Part shown: positions 51,935 to 64,000 of the stretch, piece by piece | How positions within the stretch are numbered: the stretch's first letter is position 1 | Layout: every line of letters starts with the position of its first letter | Assembly: GCA_038496445.1 (NCBI GenBank) | Contig: JALMLS010000321.1 | Location: forward strand, 62,001-126,000 | DNA length: 64,000 bases | Source of the DNA: Trichosphaerium sp. ATCC 40318 | Lineage: Eukaryota > Protista > Tubulinea | Direction of reading: 5' to 3' | Notes under the pieces: generated by a model | What the model was told of the DNA's origin: nothing | Seen by the model: only the letters and a program-made list of their open reading frames with translations | The model's database searches: none | Position numbers and translations under genes: made by a program

Positions 51935-54334
51935 ATGCTGTTCATACTACTATTGCTAGTATCCAGTAGCACCTATGCTTTACGGGTATACGACGGAACT
52001 GACAGTTTCCTTACACACGCTGTTTACAGAAAAGCTGTACAGTCTTGGAATAACGTAACAGGTGCGTCTATCGTATTTGAACGAATTGTATCGCGTGTTT
52101 TGTTAACGTGTAGATTTTAGGACCTCTCGCTAGGTTTGATATGAGTTTCAACGTGACTGGTAGCGTTCTTATAGGGCCTGAAGGCTATAAAAGCATGTCT
52201 CCCGCTTCAATGGCGAAAAAAGCAAAGGACCTTGGCGCTATCGGTTTAATTATCATAGAGAGCTTTTGTACGTTATTTTCACAGGTTGAGAATGTTTTCA
52301 CAAGTTTACGTTTCCATTCGAGTCATGTATTATAATACAAAGCAGTATTATACTACGGAATGCTTGAGCGCTGAGAGCTTTTGTTTCGTTATCAACAATT
52401 TACTAACTCTCGTCTACAGCCACTGAACCGGGCTATATTGTTGACTACGGTGCTACGAACGTCCAAGAAGATACAGTGCCCACAATAACTGTTGCGCATC
52501 ACAAAGGGAGTAAACTCGCAAACAACTTGAAAGAACAAGGATACAACGCTACAGTAACATTCGAGTTTACAAGCACGTTAATTCTCTCAATTCAAAAACA
52601 GTAACTGCGCTCAAAATATTTTTTCCTTTTCGGAAATAACGTTGTAGATTACATGTTGTATTATAAGCTAATACTGTAATAGAAGAAAACAGATGGTTAG
52701 ATATCGCTAATTCGCTAGCGTGGGTGAGAAAACGAGAAAACAAAAAAAAAAGGCCATAAAATTGCTTACAAGCTGTTGTTTAGGTTCTTGGTTTCCAAGT
52801 ACTTCATGGTGCAATATCTACTATACTAGTTGCGTATTCCATTATAAAGTTATACACATTTGTTTACGCGGATGGTATTAATATCAGATCTATTGCACAA
52901 GAGACTCTTGTACGTCTAACAACCTTCCGTTTCCCCGTTTTTTGTAAACCGTTACTTATTTTATCTACGCGTAGTTTGCAGAAGTATTTACAAATATACG
53001 TACGCCCTTGGTAATAAAAACACCAAAGCCAGTGATGAAAGTCGCAGAAAAAACAAAACTAAACTTCGCGTAGTGCGTTTATTATTTGTGGTGTTTTGGG
53101 CCAACTCACCTTCTGATAACCCTTTAATAATATATGATAAATGGGTTGTTGTATCTGTGCTCGTAACACCACATTGGTATATCAGTTTGGCAACTACATT
53201 ACTCATTACAATGTACACCTTTTTTTGATGAATACGTATTTTATTATGCGTTTACTAAGCTCCCTATGCAGTTACTGGTTCGAATTGACTTTGGCTTTGA
53301 AAGTCAAAACTATTACGTCAACTACGCAATTGTACGCACCGTTTATGTGCGCCATTGGGTTCCTGTGTGTTGAATGGGTGGCTTTCTTGATAGTTGGCAA
53401 GTATTTACGCGTTGAGTTTGTATTAACATCTTTCCAGCACTGCTGTGGCAACCAATTGCAATCACAGGCCTAATAGGAGGTGGTCCGTACGCAGCTACTC
53501 TGATGGCTATCACAGTCTTCTTCTTTTATTCTGGTAAACGTATGGTGTCGGATTTACGACGTATGCGTGAGAGTAAGTTAGCAAATCAGCTTAGAATGGT
53601 ACGATCCTTTTGTTGTTGCGTGAAATTTGCTAACAAAAAGTCAACGTATTTCTACTTCTTGTCACTTTATTCGCGTAGCGTCATTCTTACTTTTTGCACA
53701 GACATCTATATTGGTACTGTGTAGTGGCGGTGTTAACATGCTGAACCTTATACTACTCACTGTAGTAACACCCTCATTTCTATGCGCTTGCGGGCCAGCT
53801 GCCAGTCCTACTGGTTGGTTTATTTACTGGTGGTTAAACGTATTCCTTTTGGAAATAACCAGCGCTCTACAAATATCAGCGTTTACTAGCGTTGACAATT
53901 CTCGTGCTGTGAGCAGAAATGCATCATCTTCTTATTCTGCATCTGTTTGTGACCGCTACGCGCCAACTCAACCAACTCAAAACAATCAAGACTCTAGTTC
54001 TGAGATCTCTAGCAAAGGTGGTGAAGATACGAGTACAACGAGTAGAGCATTAGATATATCTGCTTCCTCGTCCTGCGAGAGCAATGAGGTTGTAGATATG
54101 ACGAAGAAACGTCATGAAATAGAGATATCTGCTTCTTGCTCCTACGTAGAGAGCATGGAAGTTGTAGATATGACGAAGAATCGTCAACAGGTGGATGGAT
54201 CTACTAGTAGATCCAATGGTACCTCTTTAAAGGCAGTGGAAACTACACAAAAACGTCCATCTCTAGATATATCTGTTTCTTCCTCGTCTTCCTTAGAGAG
54301 TATGGAAGTTGTAGATATGACGAAAAAGAAATAG
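51935..54334 (+). CDS. Signal peptide plus PA-like domain plus multi-pass (7TM-like) membrane protein with Ser-rich repeat tail
   Basis: Signal peptide; AKKAKDLGAIGLII (PA-like); about 7 hydrophobic segments; cytoplasmic tail repeats. Confidence 0.65.
54051..54331 (+). repeat. About 70-bp imperfect coding repeat (LDISASSS.ESMEVVDMTKKR) x4
   Basis: Recurrent GATATATCTGCTTC...GTTGTAGATATGACGAAGAA units. Confidence 0.8.
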
Positions 54335-54565
54335 TAAAGTGTAAATAAAATTTTTATGTACATAAATGTCTACAAACCTACTCTCGCTAGTGAAGCTAAG
54401 TTAGCTATCTTCCGACTTAATTCGCTTCTTTTCCTTAATCAAGCGACAATATTCAAGCACCCGAACAACCTTGTATGTGCTCATCAAAAGAATATCAAAC
54501 GCCAGAGTTTCCAAAGTGTTTTATTGTAGAATAACACAACGTGTTTTAGTTCGTGAATAACATTT

Positions 54566-57500
54566 TTAAAGAGGAACAATAGTACACTTCAGACCATCAT
54601 TCCATTGCTTGTATTCTGGTGTGTAATATAAAAACGCACATGAAGAAGGACCTGTGTAACTACCAGGAACAGCAGCCTAAAATCATTGTAAATAAAGCAC
54701 ACCTTTAAAAGCAACTTGTGGCTCTGTCGTACCTTGACATCAATTTGAATTGTTGATTTTTGTTTTGGATCCATGCCACGCCAATACAGAACAACCTTTC
54801 TACCAATCACTTCATAGAAATCAATAGATTCACTCTTGACGAGCTCCTATCAAAGTACGTCAGTAAACAATACAAAACCACGTGATATTCTTCATGTGGA
54901 ACAGCAATACCTTTAATTTCTCATGGCGAGGCTCAAGGCCTCCTGGAAGTCCAATGATTGCGATGACCATGGGCAAGTCAGTATCTTTTTTATTTTCGAT
55001 ATCGACTTGGATTTCACCAGTCTCTCCTTCCTTGATTGACTCTGGCTTCATTTGAGTTGCAATTGATATTGCGCATTCATCAGAAGAAGGTCCTTTCAAT
55101 GAAAAGTAATTGATATTCACATTGTATGGTATGTTTCCTGATCCCTTGGGCATAGTTATTTTGAATTCGTGATTGCCAGGCTTGAGTTTTTGTGCAGCTT
55201 CACTGAAATCTACAAAAAAACCGAAACAGTTAGTTGGTTGGTTGTTACACATCTCAACAATTGTCTAGTACCAAGAGATATAGGTTCTACACTTGTAGTA
55301 GACATTGTCGTAGATATTTTGACACCACCAATAGTCTAAAAAACCCAAGTAAGGTCACAGTTTAATAGCTAGAACACAAAGTAAAGAAGAAAATAAATAG
55401 AAAGTCGCACAGCAACTATATTGATATCCTCATTTGTTGGATTCTTGTTCATTTGACCGTATGTGAATATAGCACGAAGAGCTTGAACAGTTGATTGTGA
55501 TGTACTCCAAGATCCATTTGATACTTGAGATTGAAGGTATTTCATTCCTGCTTGGATGTTTGATGAGTACTTGTTTGGATCATCACGCAACCATCCAGTA
55601 ACTGCAAGACCAGTTGTTTCAACAAATAGGGATTGTCCATATGACCTTACAATGGATGATGTGCCGCCTTCCACCTTACCATCTACAGATCAGGTTAGGC
55701 GATAAAGTCAATCAAGATGCGATGACAAAGTTCGACAAGGAGACTATATGCTTACCTTTGGCTTGTTTTGAAGCTAGATAGTCACCTGCTTGACATGCAG
55801 CTTTCTTGTTCTTGGCGTTGTTGAACGCCATGTACATGCATGCCCACACGTATGAATTTTTGTTATCAGATAGGGCTTTACCTTGAACATCAAGTTCCTT
55901 TGTAACGTCATTGGCAGCACCAAGTTCAGTGAGGCCATAAAGACAGTATGCTGTAAACTTTATTAGAAACAGCCAGTGAAATGGGTGTACATACCATTGT
56001 TGACGTCTGTTGGAGGTGAAGAGAAGGCATAACGACCATGACCAAGTTGGAAGCCTCCTTTACCATCTTTACGTGATAAAAGCCAACTCTTGGCTCGATT
56101 AACAAGTGCCTCGTTCGCCCCTGATATTCATGTTTTGCGTTAAGGTATGGCGGATCACCGGCTCATGAATCATTGACTTCATACGGATTAATGATGCTTC
56201 AAGATCTCGGTAAATCAATGGAAGGTACGTATAAGAAACAAATACCATTGTAGCCAAGTTAAAACCATTGACTTTGATTCATAGTTGATAATAATCTTTT
56301 TTTGGAGAGCACGTTGATTACCATTCGAATCCTGATGTTTTCTTTGTTTCATATCCAACTATTTTCTTGTATCCAACCATCATTTTACTGTGCATGTCTG
56401 AAATCAACGATGGATCAACGCCAACTGTGCCATCATTGAAGAACATGCCAGCCATAGCCATTGGATATAGTGTTGATCCAACTTGTTCAAAACATCCACA
56501 AGGTGTACGAATCATACCCTTCAGAGCTCTTTGAAAGTTGGCTGCATTTGTTGGTAGGATAGACACTTCAATACTTAGCGTATTGGGAACTAAACATAAC
56601 ATGTTAGATGCAACTGTTTGAAACACGCGAAGAGCGAAGTGCGCCAAAACAGCCTAAAATTACAACTTACCATAATCGGGCAGTATGTTGAACGTGTGCT
56701 TTTCTGTTTTACTCTTACTGATAGTACCACTTGCAGATGCTTCCAATGGGAATCCCTTGGATACAGTGTAAGATACTTGTGATACTCAAATATTGGTAAC
56801 GGTACCTTTGGTTGAATACGAACACTGCGAACAATATTGTCTTCACGCTCACTTGAAGTACCAACGACTTTGAGCTCGCTTGTGAGTGGTACATTCTGTA
56901 TATCGATTGGAATAACAGCACGTTCTATGAACAAGTTAGGTTCACATTAGTACTAGATAAGAAAACGCTAGAGTGTAAGTGACATACGTCTCTGTTCTGG
57001 TCCAAGTGTGACTCCTTTTCCTTTGTTTGTTTCTGGATCCAAAAGAAAACCATCTCCACCCCATACTTCGAATCCAACGTTTGTGATTTTATGTCCGGTG
57101 TTATTGACCATGAGTACAGGTAATTGTACTTTGTCACCGCAAGATACTTCGATTGGCACTTTGAGATCAACAGAGAAAGGTTCCTTGCAAGGAACAAGCC
57201 TTTTTAATAATTAAGTAAACAAAAGTATTTGATGAGCAAAAGATAACGTACAACTCATTGTAGCCTAGTAGATGTGCATGATGAACAGAATCACACATGA
57301 CATTAAAGCTTGTGATACTGTCATTCATGTCAAACTCAAAAGAGGCAAAACCTGTACAAGTTCAGTGAGTGCTATAAAAAAAAAGGTACATACCAAACTT
57401 ATCGGTGACTAATCCTGCATTCCAGTACAAAGTCTCTTTGAATTCAGTTCTGCAAAAGAAGAAAAGTAAGCTATGCAATACATAAAAAAGGTAAGTAATT

Positions 57501-60500
57501 GGTACCTGTCACCATCTGCTGTAGTAGGAGGCCTGAAAGGGAAAAACAAAAAGTCAGTTAAAGTCAGGAAAGGTTAAAAAAATGAAGTTGCATACGCGGT
57601 AAATGAGAACACCCTAAGCATCTTAGGTATGGGTTCTTTTTTTTGGTCTAAAAACCCTAAAAGGTATAAATAAATCGTCCATAACATGTCAACTACCAAG
57701 GTAACTAGATAAGCTAAAACGAGACTTGGGAACAGCCTCCCGTGCTATACTAGGAGCTGGCATAGACCTCATTCCCATGCTAGAAGGCATGCTTTGGTCT
57801 TGCATTAACATCATTTTAGAAGACTCTGGCCGACTTGATATCTTTGAAACCTTCTTCCTAGACTTAACCACTGGCTTTGATGCTTTCTTCATTGCCTTGG
57901 TTGGTTTGGGTTTTGGAGCAGAAGCCACAGATCTTACAGATGTACTCTGAAGCGTAATGCTTTCTGGAATGGCGCTATACTTTACTTTTGTGACGAAGTT
58001 ATAACCGTCATCTTCTTTCATGTAACAATCATATGGATTCTAAAAAGAAGGCTAATTAATTTCAACGTATTTCTCACTATGAGCCTTTTCAACATACTTC
58101 TTCAATCTCGGGTTGCTAGAACAACAAAAGTTAGTTTTGTGCACAGAAAAAAAAAAGCAAAGTTTAGATTGTGATTGCGTTCTTGTTTTTTTTGAGTTTG
58201 ACTTACACCAAGTTTCAATCCAGGTGCGCAAGCTACAACTTGTTGTGCTTTAGATCCATGTTCTTTCATAAAAGCTTCAAGATCCACTTTGTTTTTTACA
58301 AATACAAGTTTTCTCCAGCCCTAAAGTGCTTGTGTTATTATTTGTTTTCAAAAAAAACACCTTCATTTGCTTCTATATGGTTGCGTACTTGAGTGCCGAG
58401 TAGTAAATCAATTGCTGTGTTTCCTTTCTCATCATGTTTGAGGTATACGTGGGCATCGAATAGTTCTTTGACTTCACCTTCCAAGTAAGCCATTTCTTGC
58501 AATCTAGGTGCCTTTTTTCGGTTCTAAGCAAAACATTAGATTACAGTCAAGTTCTTGTTTTATTCTCATCCTAATATTAGCAAAAATAAACATACTTCTA
58601 CCATCTCTAGAACTGAGTTATCAACAACTGTAGTTCCAATAGTCGCATCTCTATATTTATACATGTTAATCACGCCAACAAAACACAACCGCAAATTCGA
58701 AAATAAAACATACGCAAGAGGTTGTCCGTTTTCTCCTGTTGCATACAATAGAACACGAACTTTGTTTCTTGGTGCATACACACCTCTTTCAGGCATGATT
58801 GAAACATTGACATGTTTGGATGGTTGTCTAGAACACGTGATTAGAAAAAAGAAACGAAAATGGTATCAACAAACCTGTAAACAAGTCTTTCAGCAACAGC
58901 AAGTCCAGTTCTCATCTCATAAGCAGTGACTCTAATTACACCTGCTGTTGATGTAGGAGGTGTAAAGAACAACTTAGATGCCTTCTTTCCCGTGATATCG
59001 ACTTTGATAGAGAGAATCTCAGTGTCACGTTTAAACAAACCAACATAATAAGCACCAGGTCCTAAACAACATCAGTAACATAATTATAGACTAACACTTG
59101 AACTCACGTGTTGTCTGAAGTGTCATCTCGATGGATGTATCAGTATTGACAAAGGCACCTTTCTTTGTGTTCAACACAGCTCCTGAAGACTCGAACAAGC
59201 TCTTATAACAAATTAGACACAAACAAAGGTTGAGAATTGTACTTGTTCAAGATAGATAAGGTTATCAACACCAGCTGGTTTTAAAATACGTAAAGCATAT
59301 TTTGAACCTTGTTTGGGTTTAAATGATAATTTACCACGTCCTTCATGTTCAGTCTTGAAAGCAGTAACTACTTTACTAAAAACAATAGTTAGTGGTATAC
59401 ACTACTAACAAAATAAACACGTGCCCACTTCTTGCTATCACCAACTCTCCTTCAATATCTCCAGGATCTCCAGATGGTGTGAAGCATTGCAAGTATAATC
59501 CACATTGCAATCCGTAAATAAGAGAACCTGACTCTGGATACATACGAATATCGAGTTTCTAAAGCAATTTAAGAAAAATCAGAGTGACTCCATTGGTACC
59601 TTTAGAAGAATAGGAATCGTTTTAGCAGTAGACTCTACACTACCTCCATCTTCAACAACGAATGTCAAACTGCCTTCACCAACCTCAATCTTGGCAGGAA
59701 GGTCAAAGCTGACCATACAATTTCCATCAGCGCCAACACTTGTGTCGCCTCTATCATTGTGGTTAGAGAAGTCTTTTTACGAGAAGTCTAGTACCTGTAT
59801 ACTTCAGAACCATCAACACGTGCAACTGCGTTCACTTTGGCGCCAACTGGAATGCCACCCTCAACACGTGAAACCTGGAAAGAAGGTTAGGTTTGTAGCT
59901 GTAAATTGAAGACATACAGTGAGTGATGCTGAAGCTTTATCTCCTGGTCCAAGTCCTTTACGTAAGAACTCAGCTTGTAAGTTAAGCTTTGGTGGCTGGT
60001 ATTCTCGAATATCAAATTTTCTTTCCTGAGTTACAAGCACGCAGTCATTTGCCCTAAACAACGTGTTAGATTAGTTGGTTTTTTTTGAATGGTTTGAAAA
60101 ACAAGTCAACGCACATTCCAGCATCAAACTGTATTGTATACTCTCCACCTGCTTTTCCTTTTGGTATCTTCCACTGATGAGCAATGCAAGTCATGCCTTT
60201 GTTCTGGTTTTCGCCCTTGAGAGTAAATTCGTTGGAGCCTGTTGAAAGAGGGAGCAAAGTGAGCATGTGGTAAGTCAAATAGTTTAGTAACATGTAAACC
60301 AAGCGTTACCTGAAGGTCCTGTTATCTTTCCGTTAATCTGAGTAAGATTCATTACATCTCCTCTCAGAGGTTCAAACGTATGAGCATCAAGGTATGTGAC
60401 TATCAACAGATAATTAGCCACAAAACTTGATGGCTGCAAATTTGCTGAGAAGAAAAACTTACCTCTAATCCAAACAGTTTCTTCTGGTTTGTACAACGGT

Positions 60501-62101
60501 TTATCTGTAGATACATATCCAATATATCTCTTTTTAGCATCTATGTTATAACTAGAAAGCGAAGGAGTGACACCAAGAGTAAGAGAAGGTAGTGACGTTT
60601 CAGCTATTAAAAAAAACATTATACTTTAAAAGTTTTTGGAACAAAACCAACTTCTAACTTCAGCTTACCTTCAACATACTTAAACGGTGTGTAAATACCT
60701 CCTGTGGTATTGATAGTAACAACAGAATAGTGATCGAACCCAACAGTTGGATAAATATCTCCTTTCTTTGGCAAATCAAAGGTGCTTGTTACAACCTTTT
60801 CACCGTTTTTTGTCCAGAACAATTTTTTGCCTTGAATTCCACAACCGATCACATCACCAACGCCAAAAGTGTTCTTTAGAGATTGAGGTTTCTGCTCTCC
60901 ATCATAAAAGACTAAATCGAACATTCAATTGCAATACGACTCAAATTGATAGAGAATAAGGAAAGAAATCGATCGCCTATACGTACTATCTCCATCGTCA
61001 CTGTGGTATCCATAACTACCTTTCACCCATCCAGGGAATTTAGTGTCTGTAGGGAATGACTGTAAAGCATATCCCACGCCCACAACGCTATCATAAAAAA
61101 GTGAGATAATTGAGTAGTAACTCCATAAAAGTAAGAGTACCCAGAATCTCCTTCTCGTTTCATACTGACAATGGACACTTCAAAGTACTTCAACGAGTTT
61201 AGGAACTGTACTGCGTGTTCACCTCCGCGACCTGTCTTAGTTGGTCTTGAGCGTATAATAGATCCATTGACTATTGCACTATCACCATGACGTGTTCCTA
61301 TCGCCAAAAGGTAAACAAGAAAATAATCACGTGACTAGAAATAGAAAAAAAAGTAATTAAAACTCACGTTCATTGTAAATCAGAGGTATCTGTAGTGTCC
61401 CCGTTGTCACAGTGAGCGCAGCTTTGTTATCGGCACCAATACAAGGGAATAGGCGAGGTCTAATAGATGGAGGTACTTTCTCAGGTGATTTACCAACTCG
61501 TTCTCCATTCAATGTCCTTTTAAACACTTAGAACATCTTCAGACCTTGAAATAGTAATCGTACCAGAATACAGTGCCATCTGTCTCTATACCACAGCCTA
61601 CAACTGAACCCTCACCGTACTTTGTTGATAATTCAGAAGCAATATCATTAAAATAGCTCTTTCCACTTTCACCGTGGTAGCCCCATGAACTAATGGCGAA
61701 TAAACGGTTGCTTATCAAAAGATAACGGTTTTACTCAATTTTAAGGTTAAAACGCACTTTTTGGCCCAACCTGGAAAGTCATCAGTCAATCCAATGTCTT
61801 TTGTTGCGTATCCAATGGCACAACCGCTATTTTAGTCACCCATTAGATATTTTTACTAAAACTGATTGGTACCCTTCTCCTTTATCTCCTACGTGAAGTG
61901 ACTTTATGTTTACTTCATAATACGCGATATCTGCAGTACAGAGTTGAAATACCTTTATTTATCAACAAAACATCCTCAAAACGCTATAAAAGAGTGTCTT
62001 ACTTGTTCTGTGCCGGCTTCTTTGACATTTACAGATAATTCAACGGCTTTTCCGCTTTCAAGCTTTTTAACAGAGTACGCCAAGCTTTGGCGTGTACTCA
62101 T
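54566..62101 (-). CDS. Thioester-containing alpha-2-macroglobulin-family protein with two N-terminal SPRY domains, no signal peptide; one exon inverted
   Basis: SPRY x2 (YYEV..GCAIGYA..FPGW..SWGYHG; YFEV..YGYHSDDG..GDVIGCG), VSTDKPLYKPEETV, DLLLGTQ|GWR, ETLYWN, thioester PCGCFEQ, STVQALRA, MVIAIIGLPGGL. Confidence 0.9.
56145..56224 (+). other. Inverted exon of the minus-strand thioester-protein gene
   Basis: Plus-strand ...TTAAG|G-TAT-GGC...ATG-GAA-G|GTACGT encodes (W)YGGSPAHESLTSYGLMMLQDLGKSME(G), exactly bridging the minus-strand exons ending SGFE-TG (56322) and starting GG-ANEALVNRAKSWL (56120). Confidence 0.92.
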
Positions 62102-62418
62102 GGCTATTAGTTGCTTTTTAATAGCTGCTTTTTGGAAGTTGTGGTCCAAAACCACTTTTGAAGCCCGAAAACCGAAGACACTGACTTTTTCAGTTGGATT
62201 TTCAAATAAACTGATTAATAGTACCTTTTGTGTATGATTGGTTTGATTGTTTTTGGCTTGTTACCCCAAGTTTTGTGTTGTCACGTGCACAAAACAACAA
62301 AATAGTTTGAGAAGATTCATTTGCGCTTACGTTTACTGTGACATGGCTAGGTTGCTCAGTAAGTGCGAAATTTTGCTCTGAAACAGTTTACCGTGATAAG
62401 AACTTGACACGTGAACAC

Positions 62419-62542
62419 TTTATTAATAGCAGAAAGTAATCCCACAACTACGTTTCCAAAGGGGTACAACAGTGCCACTTGAAATACTTGGTTTGGCTGG
62501 TACGTTCCATGGTGGTAAAGAAGACGGTATATCGCTCCATAT
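62419..62542 (-). pseudogene. Dispersed inverted copy of the last exon of the GH-A glycosidase gene
   Basis: Reverse complement matches 33075-33210 (TCTTCTTTACCACCATGG..TACCAGCCAAACCAAGTATTTCAAGTGGCA) with substitutions and indels. Confidence 0.85.
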
Positions 62543-62685
62543 TACCAATTTATTTTTGCAGCACCAGCGTTAAGTGTAGTAGGAGGCAGTTGTAGGGATT
62601 GGACCAAGGTTAACAATAAAAAATAACATTGTTTTATTTTGTGGATTATAGAATAACGTAAATCGTCTTTAATTTAGTAACAGTT

Positions 62686-64000
62686 TTAAAGAGGAACAAT
62701 AGTACACTTCAGACCATCATTCCATTGTTTGTATTCTGGTGTGTAATATAAAAATGCACATGAAGAAGGACCTGTGTAACTACCAGGAACAGCAGCCTAA
62801 AATCATTGTAAATAAAGCACACCTTTAAAAGCAACTTGTGGCTCTGTCGTACCTTGACATCAATTTGAATTGTTGATTTTTGTTTTGGATCCATACCACG
62901 CCAATACAGAACAACCTTTCTACCGATCACTTCATAGAAATCAATAGATTCACTCTTGACAAGCTCCTATCAAAATACGTCAATAAAAATCACGTGATCT
63001 AATAGCAATACCTTTAATTTCTCATGACGAGGCTCAAGGCCTCCTGGAAGTCCAATGATTGCGATGACCATGGGCAAGTCAGTATCTTTTTTATTTTCGA
63101 TATCGACTTGGATTTCACCAGTCTCTCCTTCCTTGATTGACTCTGGCTTCATTTGAGTTGCAATTGATATTGCACATTCATCAGAAGAAGGTCCTTTCAA
63201 TGTAAAATAATTGATATTCATATTGTACGGTATGTTTCCTGATCCCTTGGCCATTGTTATTTTAAATTCATGTTTGCCAGGCTTAAGTTTTTGTGCAGCT
63301 TCACTGAAATCTACAAAAAAACCGAAACAGTTAGTTGGTTGTTACACATCTCAACAATTTCTCTAGTACCAAGATCTATAGCCTCTATGCTTGTAGCAGA
63401 TACTGTCTTAGTGACTTTGATACCACCAATAGTCTAAAAAACCCAAGTAAGGTGAAAGTAACAAGAAACAACAAAACACAACAAATGAAATTGAAATGTT
63501 TGCCGTACCGCAACTAGGCTAATATCGCCGGTATCTGAAGTCTTATTCATTCGACCATATGTGAATATAGCACGAAGAGCTTGAACAGTTGATTGTGATG
63601 TACTCCAAGATCCATTTGATACTTGAGATTGAAGGTATTTCATTCCTGCTTGGATGTTCGATGAGTACTTGTTTGGATCATCACGCAACCATCCAGTAAC
63701 TGCAAGACCAGTTGTTTCAACAAATAGGGATTGTCCATATGACCTTACAATGGATGATGTGCCACCCTCTACCTTGCCATCTAAAGATCAGGTTAGGCGA
63801 TAAAGTCAATCAAGATGTGATGATAAAGTTCGACAAGGAGACTATATGCTTACCTTTGGCTTGTTTTGAAGCTAAATAGTCACCTGCTTTACATGCAGCT
63901 TTCTTGTTCTTGGTGTTGTTGAACACCATGTACATGCATGCCCACACATACGAATTTTTGTTATCAGATAGGGCTTTACCTTGAACATCAAGTTCCTTTG
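62686..64000 (-). CDS. 3' part of a second, tandem thioester/alpha-2-macroglobulin gene (continues beyond window)
   Basis: High nucleotide identity to 54566-55901 including introns (offset about 8.1 kb). Confidence 0.92.

Noticed and set aside
1-64000. Stop-codon reassignment suggested by the fragmented ORF track
   Set aside because: Fragmentation is explained by short introns; genes end at TAA, TAG and TGA.

Overview
AT-rich, gene-dense, intron-rich eukaryotic genomic DNA. Introns are short and spliceosomal (mostly 40-150 nt) and the standard code is used. The gene content (coactosin, Rac-like GTPase, PA-domain multi-pass membrane protein, F-box repeat proteins) suggests a free-living protist, probably an amoebozoan (inference). 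About 27 protein genes were reconstructed by manual splicing: Mpp10, RPF1, Sac2-type phosphoinositide phosphatase, coactosin, LCL3-like nuclease, MICAL-like monooxygenase, CRY-DASH, a GH-A glycosidase, Gig2/YbiU-like oxygenase, O-methyltransferase, SH3YL1, several F-box proteins, two Trp-rich repeat proteins and two tandem SPRY-SPRY-alpha-2-macroglobulin (thioester) genes. There is also one intact tRNA-Tyr with three fragments. Most striking: the otherwise intact minus-strand thioester-protein gene has one essential 80-nt exon (56145-56224), with its own AG/GT splice sites and perfectly matching phases, on the OPPOSITE strand. This could be a micro-inversion, a DNA switch, trans-splicing or an assembly artefact. 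Also notable are frequent GC-AG introns, micro-exons and strong over-representation of CACGTG. All family assignments come from motif recognition by eye, not database searches, and gene ends are approximate where stated.
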